Assembly (NCBI RefSeq): GCF_030144855.1
Contig: NC_082722.1
Coordinates: 26,598,001 to 26,662,000 of the forward strand
Direction: 5' to 3'
Source of the DNA: Hypanus sabinus
Lineage: Eukaryota
Length of the DNA: 64,000 nucleotides
Shown here piece by piece: positions 13,780 to 26,630 of the stretch (positions are counted from its first letter, which is position 1; the number at the start of each line of letters is the position of its first letter). Under the pieces are notes generated by a model. It was not told where the DNA came from and ran no database searches. It saw only the letters and a list, made by a program, of their open reading frames with translations. Both the position numbers and the translations under genes were made by a program.

Positions 13780-16060
13780 CTGGCTTTTTGACGATGAGGT
13801 CTGCTCCACCATTTCTTGCTCAGACCGGAAGACCATAAGGCTATAAGATACAGGAGCAGAAGTCGACTATTCGGCTCATCGAGTCTCCCCCTCCTTACAA
13901 TCGTGGGCTGATGCAATTCTTCTAGTCACCCGCATTCCCTTGCCTTCTGTCCATACCCTTTGATGCCCCGGCTAATCATTAACCTCTCTATCTCTGCCAT
14001 AGGTACACCTGATCACTAAGAATCCACAGCTGCTCGTGAGAACAAATTGCACAGATATAATACTCTCTGACTGAAGTAATTTCCCCGCATCTCAGTTCTA
14101 AATGGATGTCCTTCAATACTGAAATCATGCCCTCTTCTACCAGATTCCCCTAGCATGAGAAATAACATTGCCGTATCTGATCTGTTCAAGCCTTTTAACA
14201 TTCGGAATGTTTCTGTGAGATCCCCCCTCATTCTCCTGAACACCAGGGAAAACAGCTCAAGGCCTCTGAGACGTTCCTCATGCGGTAAGCCTTTCATTCC
14301 TGGAATCATTCTTGTGAATAGTCCATGCAATGTCTCCAATGCCAATCTATCCTTTCTAAAACATGGAGTCCAAAATTGCACACAGTAGTCCGTCTTGTCT
14401 CACTAGTGCCTTACAGAGCCTCAACATCACATCCCTTCTCTTATATTCTATACCTCCAGAACTGAATACCAACATTGCGTGGTCCTTCTTCACAACCGAG
14501 TCAACCTGGCGGTTAACCTTTAGAGTATCTTGTGCTAAGACTCCCAAGTCCCTTTGCAAAGTCTGCATTTTGAATTATCTCACCATCTATATATTGCTCT
14601 GTCTGTTTAATTCTTCCCCAGAAGTGCATGACCATGTACTTTCCAACGTGGTATTTCATTTGCCCCTTCTTTGTCCATTCCCCTAAACTATCTAAGTCTC
14701 TCGGCAGACTCTCTTTTTCCTCAGCACTACCCACTCCTCCACCTATCTTTGTATCATCGGCAAATTTAGTCACAAATCTATTAATGTCATAGTCCAAATC
14801 ATTGGCATGCGACATAAAAAGCAGCTGTCCCAACATGAACCCCTGCGGAGCTCCACTAGCAACCAGCAGCCGGCCAGAATAGGATCCCTTAATTCCCATT
14901 CTCTGATTTATACTGACCAGTTAATGCTCCATCTATGCTAATAAATTCCTGTAATTCCATGGGCTCTTATCTTGCTAAGCAGCGTCACGTGCGGTACCTT
15001 ATCAAAGGCCTCTTGAAAACAAAGTACCCCACATCTACTGCGTCTATGCTACTTCAAAGAATTGCAGCTGGCTTGTCAGGCAGGGTTTTCCTTTCAGGAT
15101 ACTCTGAAATCTCATTCATAACAATCGATTCCTACAACTTCTCAACCACTGATGTCAGGCTCACAGATCAATAGTTTCCTTTCCGCTGTCTCCCACACTT
15201 TTTAAATACCGGAGTAACATTTACAATTTTCCAGACATCCATTACAATGCCAGAATCAATCGATTCTTGAAAGATCATTGTTTATGCCTCCACAATTTCT
15301 CCAGCAACTTCCGTCAGAACCTAAGGGTGCATTCTATCAGGTCCAAAAGATTTATCCACTTTCAGCCTTTTAAACTTCCCGGGCACCTCCTCCGTCGTAA
15401 TTTGCACTGCATAGATTTCACTGCCATGTCACTCTTGAATGTCCGGTATTCTGCAGCCGTCTTCCACTGTGAAGACTGATGAAAAATACGCATGCAGTTC
15501 CTCTGCCATCTCTGCCTGTCCCATCACATTATCTCCAGCGTTATTTTGCATTGGTCCCATATCTACCCTCGACTCTCGTTTACCCTTTAAATACTAAAAA
15601 AAACTTATTGTATCTTCTTTGACATTAGTCACTAGATTCCTTTAATAATTCATCTCTTCATCCCTAATGACCTTCTTAATTTCCTTCTGCAAGTTTTCAA
15701 AAGCTTTCCAATCCACTATCTTCCCAGTAGCTCCGGTGTCCTTGCATGCCCTCTCTTTCGTTTTTGCTTTGGCTCTGGCTTCACCTGACAGCCACAGTGT
15801 TGTCCTTCGTCCATTTGAAAATTTCTTCTTATTCGGAATGTATCTTTCTTGCAGTTCCCTCATATTTTTTGCCAGAGACTCCTGCCATTGCTGCTCTGCT
15901 CTCCTTCCTGCAAGTGTCACTTTCCCGTCAACATCGACCATTTCCCCTCTCATGCCATTGTAACTTCCTTTCTTCCACTGAATTACTCACACATTGGATT
16001 CTATTTATTCTCTCTCAGATTTCAATGTGAAATCGAACATGTTGTGATCTCTGCTTCCTA
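13780..16060 (-). mobile_element. CR1 LINE, internally deleted ORF2
   Basis: KFADDTKIGG, MQFWTPCFRKD, MRGDLTETFRMLKG and linker ARAKAKTKERA; CR1 3' UTR with tandem ccataaga repeats near 13.8 kb. Confidence 0.9.
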
Positions 16061-16339
16061 GGACGTGAGGTAACAATCGTTCAGTCAAGGTTCAGCGATA
16101 AACACAACGTCATATTTGCCAATCTGTCATTTCATTCTTTATGTTGGGTGCACTCAAATATAACACTTTCAGTCCAGTATTTGTTGTTTTCTGGTTTAAC
16201 TACATCACGCCTGTATGGCCCTGAAACTGATGCCAATGGCTGCGATTAAGACTCATCTCCTCCCTGTTTTTTTTTTCTCTCTATAAACTCTTCTGCACCC
16301 TGTCTTTCATTTATTTCTGTTCTCCGCTTCTTGGACCCT

Positions 16340-17550
16340 CCATCCCTCGAACACTCCGGTACCCAACCCCCCCCCCCCCCGCCGTCAAGTTAGTTTAACC
16401 TCTCCCTAACAGACGTATTAAATGTGCCCGCTAGGATATTGGTTTCAGATGCATCCGCCCTTTTTTTACAGGTCGTACCTCCCCGAGAAGAAGCCCCAAT
16501 GATCCAGGAATCTGAAGCCCTGCCCCTACTGCAGTCTCTCAGCCATACATTAATACTCCTCATCATGCTATTTTTGCACTCGCTAGCGGTGGCACAGGGA
16601 GCGATAATAAGTTTAGTACCTTAGAAGTCCTTTTCAGCTTCTGACCTAACTCCCTGAATTCTCTCTTCAGGACCTTCTCTCTTTTTCTACCTTTGTCATT
16701 CGTATCAACGTGTACCAGGACTTCTGGCTGTTTATCCTCTCCCTTCAGAATACTCTGCACCCGATCCGACACCCCCCCCCCCCCGTACCCTGGCTCCTGG
16801 GAGTCAACGCACCATGCAGGTACCCCTATCAGTCTGACAGAACCTCCTGTCTGTTCCCCTCACTATGGAATACCCTTTGATTATTGCATTCCTCATCCTC
16901 CTCTTTCCTTTCGGTACCACGGAACCAGGGACTGTGCCACAGATCCAATAGCTGTGGTCGTCCTCTGTCAAATCATCCCCCTCAACCGGTTCCAAAACGA
17001 AATAACGATTGCTGAGGGGGGGCTGGTCACAGGGGTGTTCTACTCTCTGAGCTGTTCCCCTCGCTTCGCTGACCGTTACACGGTTACCTAACTCATGCAG
17101 TGTCGGGTGAGTAACTCCCTGTAGCTCCTCTCTTTCTCCTGTTCACTCTCCCCAATAAGCTGTAGATCATCGACCCGCAGCTTTAGATCCCTAACACGGT
17201 CTGTCAGGAGCTGTATCTCGGTGCACCTGGCGTAGATGTGGCCTTCTGGGAGAATGGATGATTCCCAGGATTCCCACATCTGACACTCAGAGCAAAATAC
17301 TATCCCTACCTACATGCGCTCAACTCCTTAAAAACTGCAGCGAAAAACCAGAAACGAAGTCCACCTACCCACTGACCTCGCCGAAGCCTCAGTGAGCCAA
17401 AGCCTGTCGCTTCTACTCTCGCCACTGGCCTCCACCCGACAATGGCCGCTCCGCTTAACCAGGCTGTACTTTTATTTAGTTCGTCGAGCTCAGTTGCTAC
17501 CGCTGATAGGCTCCGCACAATGGACTAACGCCCGCGAAGCTTTCCTTTAA
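16340..17550 (-). mobile_element. CR1 5' part: 5'UTR and decayed ORF1 (coiled coil plus SGNH esterase)
   Basis: Fragments CTEIQLLTDRVRDLKLRVDDL, YSIVRGTDRRFC and EVLVHVDTND...REFRELGQKLK align with the ORF1s at 22.5-23.1 kb and 63.3-64.0 kb. Confidence 0.85.
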
Positions 17551-17579
17551 AATAACTGAGTTATCAGTACCGTCTATAA

Positions 17580-18370
17580 GCAGGAATTTGTTACCGAAGG
17601 ATTGAAAAGTGGCGAGTGGGCTTTCATTTAAAAAGGTCGCAAGTACAGGTGGCAAGCCAAATATCGGTGCTGGGAATGATACTGGAATGAAGGACTGAAC
17701 CTATCAGAATTTGGAAAGGCGAGTAACATGCAAGTGAACGTAAGCATGGATTTCTCAAGGAGAATCGTCTCTCCCAAACTTGATTCAGTTGTTTTGAAGA
17801 GGCTCTGCAGAAAATTGCTGAGGGCCGGTAAGTAAACTATATCTTAATTGAATTTTGCACGATCCTGTAGAACAGTCTAGTATAGAATGCTGGACAACAC
17901 AGGAGCCAGACTGAGCCAGACAACTGAGCACAAGAACACAAAATTGGTCTCATAGAGGAATCAAACGGTGATAGTGAAGATTTGAGACGGAGAGTAAAGG
18001 CCTGCAACTAGTGATGTACTGAAGAGGTAGTTTCTGGTTCCAGTATTGTTTGACATCTTTAAAATATTTAGTTAATAGTATTTTTAAGTTGTTAAGAATT
18101 TCAGGATGCTGTGGAATCAGTGAAAAAACCAGACAGTGAAAATTAACTAAGACAAGGAACTGGAAAAGTTGGCCTAGTAATTGCAGATAGAGTTTAACTG
18201 GGACATTTAAAAAGTGTTGCATTTTGGTTAGTTTAACTAGGGAGGGAATTGTGCAGTGGATTGTCATGGGCGTTGAGTCTCACGGTGACTGAGAGATGCA
18301 GGCACGCTGATCTGTAAAATTGTCGAAAGAGGTGGACAGGCTTGTAAAAAAGTTGTTTGTCACAACTAAC
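17580..18370 (+). mobile_element. Ancient CR1 remnant, paralogous to 8.5-9.0 kb and 38.2-38.7 kb
   Basis: Collinear match, e.g. 17991-18070 cctgcaactagtgatgtactgaagaggtag...ccagtattgtttgacatct vs 38651-38710. Confidence 0.65.
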
Positions 18371-18371
18371 T

Positions 18372-19115
18372 CAGTTCAGATTCAGAATCAGGTTTATCAC
18401 CGGTATGTGTCGTGATGTTTGTGAACTTAGCAGTGACAGTTCAATTTATCCATAATGCAGATAAAGAAAAATAAATAAATAAAATAAATAGATTAATTAA
18501 TCTATTAGAGTATATGTTTTTTAGATAGATTTAAAAACGTGCAAAAGCAAAAATAAAATGTATTTAAAAAGCAGTAGTATTCACAGGTTCAATGTCCATT
18601 TAGGAATCCGATCGTAGAGGGGAAGAAGCTGTTCCTGAATTGCTGAGCGTGTGCATTCAGGCTTCTGTACCTCCTACTTGATAGTAACAGTGAGAAAAGA
18701 GCATGCCCTGGGTGTTGCAGTTCTTCAATAATGGACGCTGCCTTTCTGAGAAACCGCTCCTTGAAGATGTGCTGTGTACTTTGTAGGCTTATACGCAAGA
18801 TGGAGCCTAACTAAATTTACAACACTCTGCAGCTACTTTCGGTTCCGCGCAGTATCCCACCACTCCCCCACCCCCAAACCAGACAGTGACGCAGTTTGTA
18901 AGAATGCTCGCCATAGAACACTTACAAAAATTTTTGTGTGTGTTTGTTGACATACCACATCTCTTCAAAGACGTAATGAAGTAAAGTCGCTGCCTTGCCT
19001 TATTAACGGCTGCATCGATATATTGGGTCTGGGTTAGATCCTCAGAGAGCTTGATACCCAGGATCTCGAAACTGAACATTCTCTGCGCCTCTGATCCCTC
19101 TGTGAGGATTGGTGT
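18372..19115 (-). mobile_element. Rex1/Babar-type LINE 3' fragment
   Basis: ORFs KARQRLYFITSLKRCGMS and HPGHALFSLLLSSRRYRSL...FRNSFFPSTIGFLN, the typical Rex1 ORF C-terminus. Confidence 0.85.
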
Positions 19116-19119
19116 TTAT

Positions 19120-22100
19120 TCATAGAAACATACAAATATGGAAAATTGGTGCAGGAGTGGGCCATTCGGCCCCACGAGCCTGCACCGCCATTCAGTATGA
19201 TAATGGCTGATCATCCAACTCAGAACCCTGTACCTGCTTTCTCTCCATACCCCTTGATCCCTTTAGCCACAAGGGCCATATCTAACTTCCTCTTAAATAT
19301 AGCCAATGAACCGGCCTCAAATGTTTCCTGCGGCAGAGAATTCCACAGATTCACCACTCTCTGTGTGAAGAAAATTTTCCTCATCTCGGTTCTAAAAGGC
19401 TTCCCCTTTATCCTTAAACTGTAACCCCTCGTTCTGGACGTCCCCAACATCGGAAACAATCTTCCTGCATCTATCCTGTCCAATCCCTTTAGAATTTTAT
19501 ACGTTTCAATAAGATCCCCCCTCAATCTTCTGAATTCCAGCCAGTATAAGCCTAGTCGATCCAGTCTTTCTTCATATGAAAGTCCTGCCATCCCAGGAAT
19601 CAACCTGGTGAATCTTCTTTGTACTCCCTCTATGGCAAGAATGTCTTTCCTCAGATTAGGGGACCAAAATTGCACACAATACTCTAAGTGCGGTCTCACC
19701 AAGGCCTTGTACAACTGCAGAATAACCTCCCTCCTCCTGTACTCAAATCCTTTTGCTATGAATGCCAAGATACCTTTTGCCTTTTTCACCACCTGCTGTA
19801 CCTGCATGCCCACCTTCAGTGACTGGTGTACAATGACACCCAGGTCTCGTTGCACCTCCCCTTTTCCTAATCGGCTACAGTTCAGATAATTATTTGTTTT
19901 CCTGTTCTTGCAAACAAATTGGATAACCTCACATTTATCCACATTAAATTGCATCTACCATGAATTTGCTCACTCACCTAACCTATCCAAGTCACTCTGC
20001 ATCCTCTTAGCATCCTCATCACAGCTAACACTGCTGCCCAGCTTCGTGTCATCCGCAAACTTGGAGATGCTGCATTTAATTCCCTTGTCTAAATCATTAA
20101 TAAATATTGTAAACACCAGTGGTCCCAGGTTTGAGCCTTGCAGTACCCCACTAGTCACTGCCTGCCATTCTGAAAAACTCCCGTTTACTCCCACTCTTTG
20201 CTTCCTGTCTGCCAGCCAATTCTCGATCCACATCAATACCATACCCCCAATACCATGTGCATTGAATTTGCACACTAATCTCCTGTGTGGGACCTTGCCA
20301 AAACCCTTTTGAAAATCTAAATATACCGCATCCACTGGCTTTCCCCTATCCACCCTACTAGCTACATCTTCAAAAAATTCTATAAGAATCGTCAGACATG
20401 ATTTTCCTTTCACAAATCCATGTTGACTTTGTCCGATGATTTCACCTCTTTCCAAATGTTCTGTTATCACATCTTTGATAACCGACTCTAGCATTTTCCC
20501 CACCACCGATGTCAGACTAACCGGTCTATAATTCCCCGGTTTTTCTCTCCCTCCTCTTTTTAAAAAGTGGGTTTACATTAGCCACCCTCTATTGCTCAAG
20601 AACTAATCCAGAATCTAAGGAGTTTTGAAAGGTTATCACTAAAGCATCCACTATTACTTGGGCTACTTCATTAAACACTCTGGGTTGCAGACCATCTGGC
20701 CCTAGTGATTTATCTGCCTTTAATACCTTCAACTTACCTAACACCATTTCCCGAATAACATGTATTTTCCTCAGTTCCTCCATCGCACTGCACCCTCGGT
20801 ACCTTACTATTTCCGGAAGATTATTCATGTCCTCCTTAGTGAAGACAGAATCAAAGTACTTATTCAATTGGTCTGCCATGTCTTTGATCTCTATGATCAA
20901 TTTACCTGTTTCTGACTGTAATGAACCTATATTTGTCGACCGATCTTTTTCTTTTCACATACCTATTAAAGCTTTTACAGTGAGTTTTTATGTTCCCTGC
21001 CAGCTTTCTCTCATAATCTTTTTTCCCTTTCCTAATTAAGCCCTTGTCCTCCTCTGCTAGTCTCTGAATTTCTCCCAGTCCTCAGGTGTGCCGTTTTTTC
21101 CTTTTTTTTTGCTGATTTATACGTTTCTTCGTTGGACTTGATACTATCCCTAATTTTCCTTGTCAGTCACAGGTGCACTACCTTCCCTGGTTTATTCTTT
21201 AGCCAAATTGGGATGAATAATTGTTGTAGTTCATCCATGTCATCTTTAAATGCTTTCATTGCATATCCACCGTCAACCCTTTAAGTATCATTTGCCAGTC
21301 TATCTTAGCTAATTCACGTCTCATACCTTCAAAGTTACCCTTCTTTAAGTTCAGAACCTTTGTTTCTGAATTAACTATTTCACTCTCCATTTTAATGGAG
21401 AATTCCACCATATTATGGCCACTCTTACCCCAGGGGCCTCGCAAGACGAGATTGCTAACTCACCCTTCCTCATTGCTCAATACCCAATCTAGAATGGCCT
21501 GCTCTCTAGTTGGTTCCTCGACATGTTGGTTCAGAAAACCATCCTGCATACATTCCAAGAAATCCTCTTCCTCAGTGCCCTTACCAATTTGGGTCTCCCA
21601 ATCTATATGTAGATTGAAGTCACCCATTATAACTACTGTTCCTTCATTGCACGCATTTCTAATTTCCTGCTTAATGCCATCCCCAACCTCACTACTACTG
21701 TTAGGTGGCCTGTACACAACCCCCTCCAGCGCTTTCTGCCCTTTAGTGTTCTGTAGCTCTACCCATATCGATTCCACATCCTCCAGGCTAATGTCCTTCC
21801 TTTCTATTGGGTTCATCTCCTCTCTAACCAGCAATGCTTTTCTTTCCTGTTTATCCCTCCTGAATATTGAATATCCCTAGATGGTGATCTCCCATCCTTT
21901 GACACCCTGGAGCCATGTCTCTGTGATCCTAACTATATCATATTCATTAATAACTATCTGTACATTCAGTTCATCCAGCTTGTTACGACTGCTCCTCGCA
22001 TTGACACACAAAGCCTTCAGGTTTATTTCTGCAACATTCTTAGCCCTGATACAATTATGTTGAACAGTGGCCCTTTTTGCTTTTTGCCCTGTATTTGCCT

Positions 22101-23460
22101 GCCTGTCGGTTTTACTTTTCACCTTGCTACATTTTGCTTCTACCCTCAGTTACACCCCTCTGTCTCTCTGCACTTGTTCCCATACCCCTCCACTTTAGGT
22201 TAAATCCTCCTGAACAGCAGTAGCAAACGCTCCCCCTAGAACATTGGTTTCAGTCCAGCCCAGGTGCAGACCATCCTGTTTATACCGGTCCCACCTCTCC
22301 CAGAACTGGTTCCAATGCCCCAGAAATTTGAATCCCTTCACTTTGCAGCATTTTTCAAGCCACGTGTTCATCTGAAATATCCTGCTATTTCTACTCTGAC
22401 GAGCACGTGGCACTGGTAGTAATCCAGAGATTATTACATTTGTGGTCCCACTTTTTAGTTTATCTCCTAACTCCCTAAATTCACCTTGTAGGACCTATGT
22501 CGTTGGTACCTATGTGCACCACGACCACTGGCTGTTCACCCTCCCATTGTAGAATGTCCTGTAGCCGCTTAGAGACATCCTTGACCCTTGCACCAGGGAG
22601 GCAACATAACATCCTGGAGTCTCGTTTGCGACCGTAGAAACGCCTATCTATTCCCCTTACAATCGAATCCCCTATCACTATAGCTCTCTCATTCCTTTTC
22701 CTTCCCTCCTGTGTCGCAAAGCCACCCATGGTGAAATGAACTCGGCTGCTGCTGCCTTCCCTTGATGAGACATCTCCCCCAACAGTATCCAAAACAGTAT
22801 ATCTGTTTAGGAGGGAGATGACCTCCCAGGACTCCTGCACTACCTGCCAACTTCTACGCTGTCTAGTGCCCTCCTCTCTTTCTGCCTGTGTAGCCTTTAC
22901 CTGCGGTGTGGCCAATTCACTGAACGTGCTATTCACGACTTTCTGAGCATCGCGGATGCTCCAGTATGAATCCAATCGCAGCTCCAGACGCACAATGCCG
23001 TCTGCCGGAAGTTGTAGCTGGACATATTTCCTGCACATATAGTCGTTAGGGACACTGGGAGTATCCCTGATTTCCCAGAATGAACAAACAACGGGGGCCG
23101 ATCTCAGCTGCCATGACCTACCCAATACTTGCCTCAACTTTTGAAACTTTCTCTTTTGAAAGGAACTTACCCGGCCTTACCTCACTTGGAGTGAAGCTCG
23201 TCCTCAACCTCTGCTCGCCGAAGCCTCTCAGGACAAAGCATTCCTACTCTGTCTCCCTCTACTCCATCGCCCGCTACGAAGTCGCCCGTTCCGTCTACTG
23301 TTCTCTTTAAGTACTCCCGCTGCCTCACTGTCCTACCTACACGCGCTTGCGCAGTCGTGCCCCCGTTCAACTGCCGAAGAAAATGGCCTACTTCCACAAA
23401 CTGTTCTATTTAAATACTCCCGTTGCCTCACCGTCGCACTTACACGCGCTTGGGCAGTCG
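19120..23460 (-). mobile_element. Near full-length CR1 LINE with disablements (ORF1 esterase, ORF2 APE endonuclease and RT)
   Basis: ORF1 VIGDSIVRGIDRRF...VHIGTND; EN motifs CVNARS, VYRPPNS and MGDFN; RT motifs [13 protein letters not shown] and KFADDTKLG; 3' end near 19120. Confidence 0.95.
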
Positions 23461-23790
23461 GGCAGGGTATTCCTTCTTTTTATCCTTCCTGAAGCTCACA
23501 AGGATCTCCTTCGTCTGACTGACGTTGACTGCAAGTTGTGGAAATACGTACAGGACCTTGGACGTCATGCTCAACTGTACAAATCGTTGCTGCAACATGG
23601 TATTGTGCATTCATTGGTGAAAGGTAAGCTGTGCATTTTGATCGCCAACAACAGAAGAGATGCTATGAAGCTTAAGATAGTGCAGAAAAGATTGTTAAGT
23701 CTGTTAGTAGGACATCGCGCTTTTAACTGTAGGAACAGACTGGGGCTATTCGTCCCCAGAGCACAGGTGGTTGCGAGGTGACCATGTATA
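23460..23790 (+). mobile_element. Continuation of the ancient plus-strand CR1, interrupted by the 18.4-23.46 kb insertions
   Basis: 23630-23783 matches 39084-39250 (ctgtgcattt...gaagctt..atagt.cagaaaagatt...ttttaactgtag...ctgggg.ta.tc.tcccc.agagcacagg). Confidence 0.75.
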
Positions 23791-23799
23791 TGTACTGTC

Positions 23800-23944
23800 G
23801 GGGGGGGGGAGGGAGAGGGAGAGGGGAGGGGGGGAGGGGGAGAGGGGGAGGGGAGGGGGAAGGGAGGGGGAGGGGGAGTGGGATGGGGAGGGGGAGAGGG
23901 AGCGGGAGAGGGAGAAGGAGAGGGAGAGGGAGAGGGAGAGGGAG
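23800..23944 (+). repeat. Polypurine G-rich microsatellite, (GGGAGA)n-like
   Basis: About 145 nt of almost exclusively G and A, directly visible. Confidence 0.95.
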
Positions 23945-24119
23945 ATTCCAGTAAATAAGTATAGAGTAGGACCTCACCTATGTAATAAATTAATGAATTT
24001 CAGTGGAAAAAAAAACCTTCCTGGAGTTTAGAATTCCAACGTATGCTCTCCTACTAGAGGGGAATAATGGGAATCACATTCGAGGAGAAAACGAAGTTCA
24101 GAGTACTTATAACAAAGTA

Positions 24120-24540
24120 AAAAATATATTTAGCTGTTGGGGTGAAAAATTGGGAAGCTTCAAATTTATCCAAAAAAAAAACAAACCCCGAATCACCCGT
24201 TGAAATGGATTCCGATTTGACAGTCCGAGTTAACACTGAAGACAATTAAACCAATGTTCTCTAAGATTCGGAACAGACTATTGATTTAAGCCTATTAATT
24301 ATGTAATATTATTCATGTGCATGGTTTTCGCACGTGTGATCTTTCCCCAGCTATCGGGATCTTTGACATAGTTAAAAGAGTATTTTTTTTTTACACACTC
24401 ATCTTGCAATTACTGCAAATTCCATAATGCTTTCAGTTATAACGTGAAAGGTTCCGGGAGAATCAAGGGGAAGAAACAGAGTTAAAGCCTTAGATTTATA
24501 ACCTTTCCTCGGGTTACCATTCATAAATCTCTGTTCTGTT
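24120..24540. repeat. Third, more diverged copy of the upstream conserved non-coding block (cf. 10080-10470 and 40140-40510)
   Basis: Shared motifs cgatttgacag, catagttaaaa, tgcaaattcca, gtgaaaggt and ggagaatc in the same order. Confidence 0.75.
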
Positions 24541-25859
24541 ACTCTCTCCATCAAAATTCAGACACAAAAGTGTTGTCACGAGAACGCGTTGAGAAATTCG
24601 AACATCGTCCGATTTCCCTCGGTTGAACCTTGATATAAGTGTGCAAGAATAGATTTTCAAATGGCGGGTTTTCATTGTCAAAAAAAATTCTCGCCGAAGG
24701 TAGCGAATCTCTGGGTTTATTTATCATCCTGTAAGGTATGTAGGGCAAATCTGTTCGGAAACGTTCAAGGGGAAGTAAGTTTTTTTTTCTTGGAATCATT
24801 GGGTCTATGTAGTAGACCGGAAGAGGAGACTCCTACTGACCATTATCCTCTTGAATGGCCGGCCAGTAGACAGGGCCGGAATGGTTTATTGCTGTTATTT
24901 TCTTAATTTATTTCTTTGTTTTTATTTTTATAACAACAGCCTCTAATGAATCGAAGAACGTGAAAGATCAAAATGATCATTTATCTTCCCAATTGTTACA
25001 TGTGATATGGATCATCAACCTTTGATGGATGGAAGAAACGAAACGTAGCGATGCTCTGGCCTACTCTCATTGATAATGAACTGCAATTGGCTTCACAGCT
25101 TCTTTGATGTATTTACATCTGCGTACAATGTATGTTTGCTTTGATGTTTGGATGCCTGTGTGTAACTCGAATCGGAAATCTGCAAAGCGGCATAAGTCAG
25201 TTTGTCAGCTCCATTTCCTTTAGTCTGTGAAAGTAATGCAAAATCAGCGGTTAGTCGAGCATTTAGTGACTGACTGAATCACACGATTATAAGATAAGTT
25301 ATAGAGGTACTCATAAGTAATGAACTTTAGTTGCTTACGCTTTATACACAATTATTTCAACGCTGTTTCAAGATTTCCCTTAATTATTTATATATTAGCG
25401 ATTCTTTCCATAATTAAAAGGAACTTTAACAAAAGCAATTTACGAGATTAGAGGAATCCTTGAAGTAGCAATTATGGTACAAAATAATTGGCTAAGTTAT
25501 AATACAATAGTATTTTCTGTCAAATGTGTCTGATAACCGCATTCTGTTTCGTTTATGGAGCTCACAGGTGTTTGCTCAGCCACACCTGCCAACACAGTTC
25601 CAAATGCACATGAACATTGTTGTCAGCGGACAGCTCATAACTGATAGAATGAACATTGCCACTTTGTTTAGTCTGGCTCTCTGATTACAGTTCTTTCACA
25701 ATTTGGTATTTCCGGTAGTTCAATTTTCCTCGGTTATTATCAGACACTCGCGTTTATTATGGAGCTGATAATGGGCGTTGGGAAGGATGTCATTCCTAGT
25801 TTTGTGCTGCTTGGCTTTTCCTCACGTGCAAACTACATGTGAAAGTTAATTCGTAAAAG

Positions 25860-26370
25860 CAAGGAACAAGTAATCTCTCTAGATTCTGCAGATACTGGAA
25901 ATCCTGAAGAATTCAAGCAAAATATTGAAGGAATTCATTTGGTAAGGCAACATGCAAGGAGGTAAATAAACTGTCGATTGTTTCTGGCAGAGAGGCTTTA
26001 ACAGGACTGGAAATGAGGGAATATAAAGGTGTGGAGGGGGTGCGGAAAAAGTAGCAGGTGACAGGAGAAACCAGGTGAGTGCGAAGGTATGTGCATGACT
26101 GGGATGGGAATGACTTAAGAAGCTGAGAAGTGTCGGGTGGAAAAGGTAAAAGGTGTCTGAAGGAGTCAGATACAGGAGAACAGTGGACCCTGCAAAGTGG
26201 AAGAAGGAGGAGAACGTGGTTGGAGGGCAGCCTGGTGGGCAGATGACGAGGAGAAAAGGTGAAACGGAGAATGGAACAAAGAAAGAATGGAATGATGGAG
26301 AAATTCCCAAAAGTTAGAGAAATCTACATTAATGTCTTCGGGTTGGAGTCTCCACAGATGGAAGAAAATA
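25860..26370. mobile_element. Penelope-derived non-autonomous repeat
   Basis: gattctgcagatactggaaatcc start, purine-rich body and gggttggagtctccacagatggaag end, resembling the other PLE-derived copies. Confidence 0.6.
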
Positions 26371-26499
26371 TTATGCTAGTACCAGAACGTTAAACTGTTT
26401 CACTGAAAGGGGATTAGCTATGACGCACTTTATATTTTGTTACAGTGTCAATGGTATCCTCAAGTTTGTAAAATTATCTTTCTATTGGATGATTATATA

Positions 26500-26630
26500 T
26501 GTGAAACCTCTGCGGTACTCCGGTTTCCTCCCATGACTTACAGGTTAGGAGGTCAATTAGTCACGTCGGTGTGACTGAGCGGCAGTAGCTAGTTGTACCG
26601 GAAGGGCCGATTACCGTGATATATCTCTAA
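26500..26630 (+). mobile_element. SINE fragment (V-SINE/HE1-like core)
   Basis: gtactccggtttcctccca core and ggaagggccgattaccgtg tail. Confidence 0.55.
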
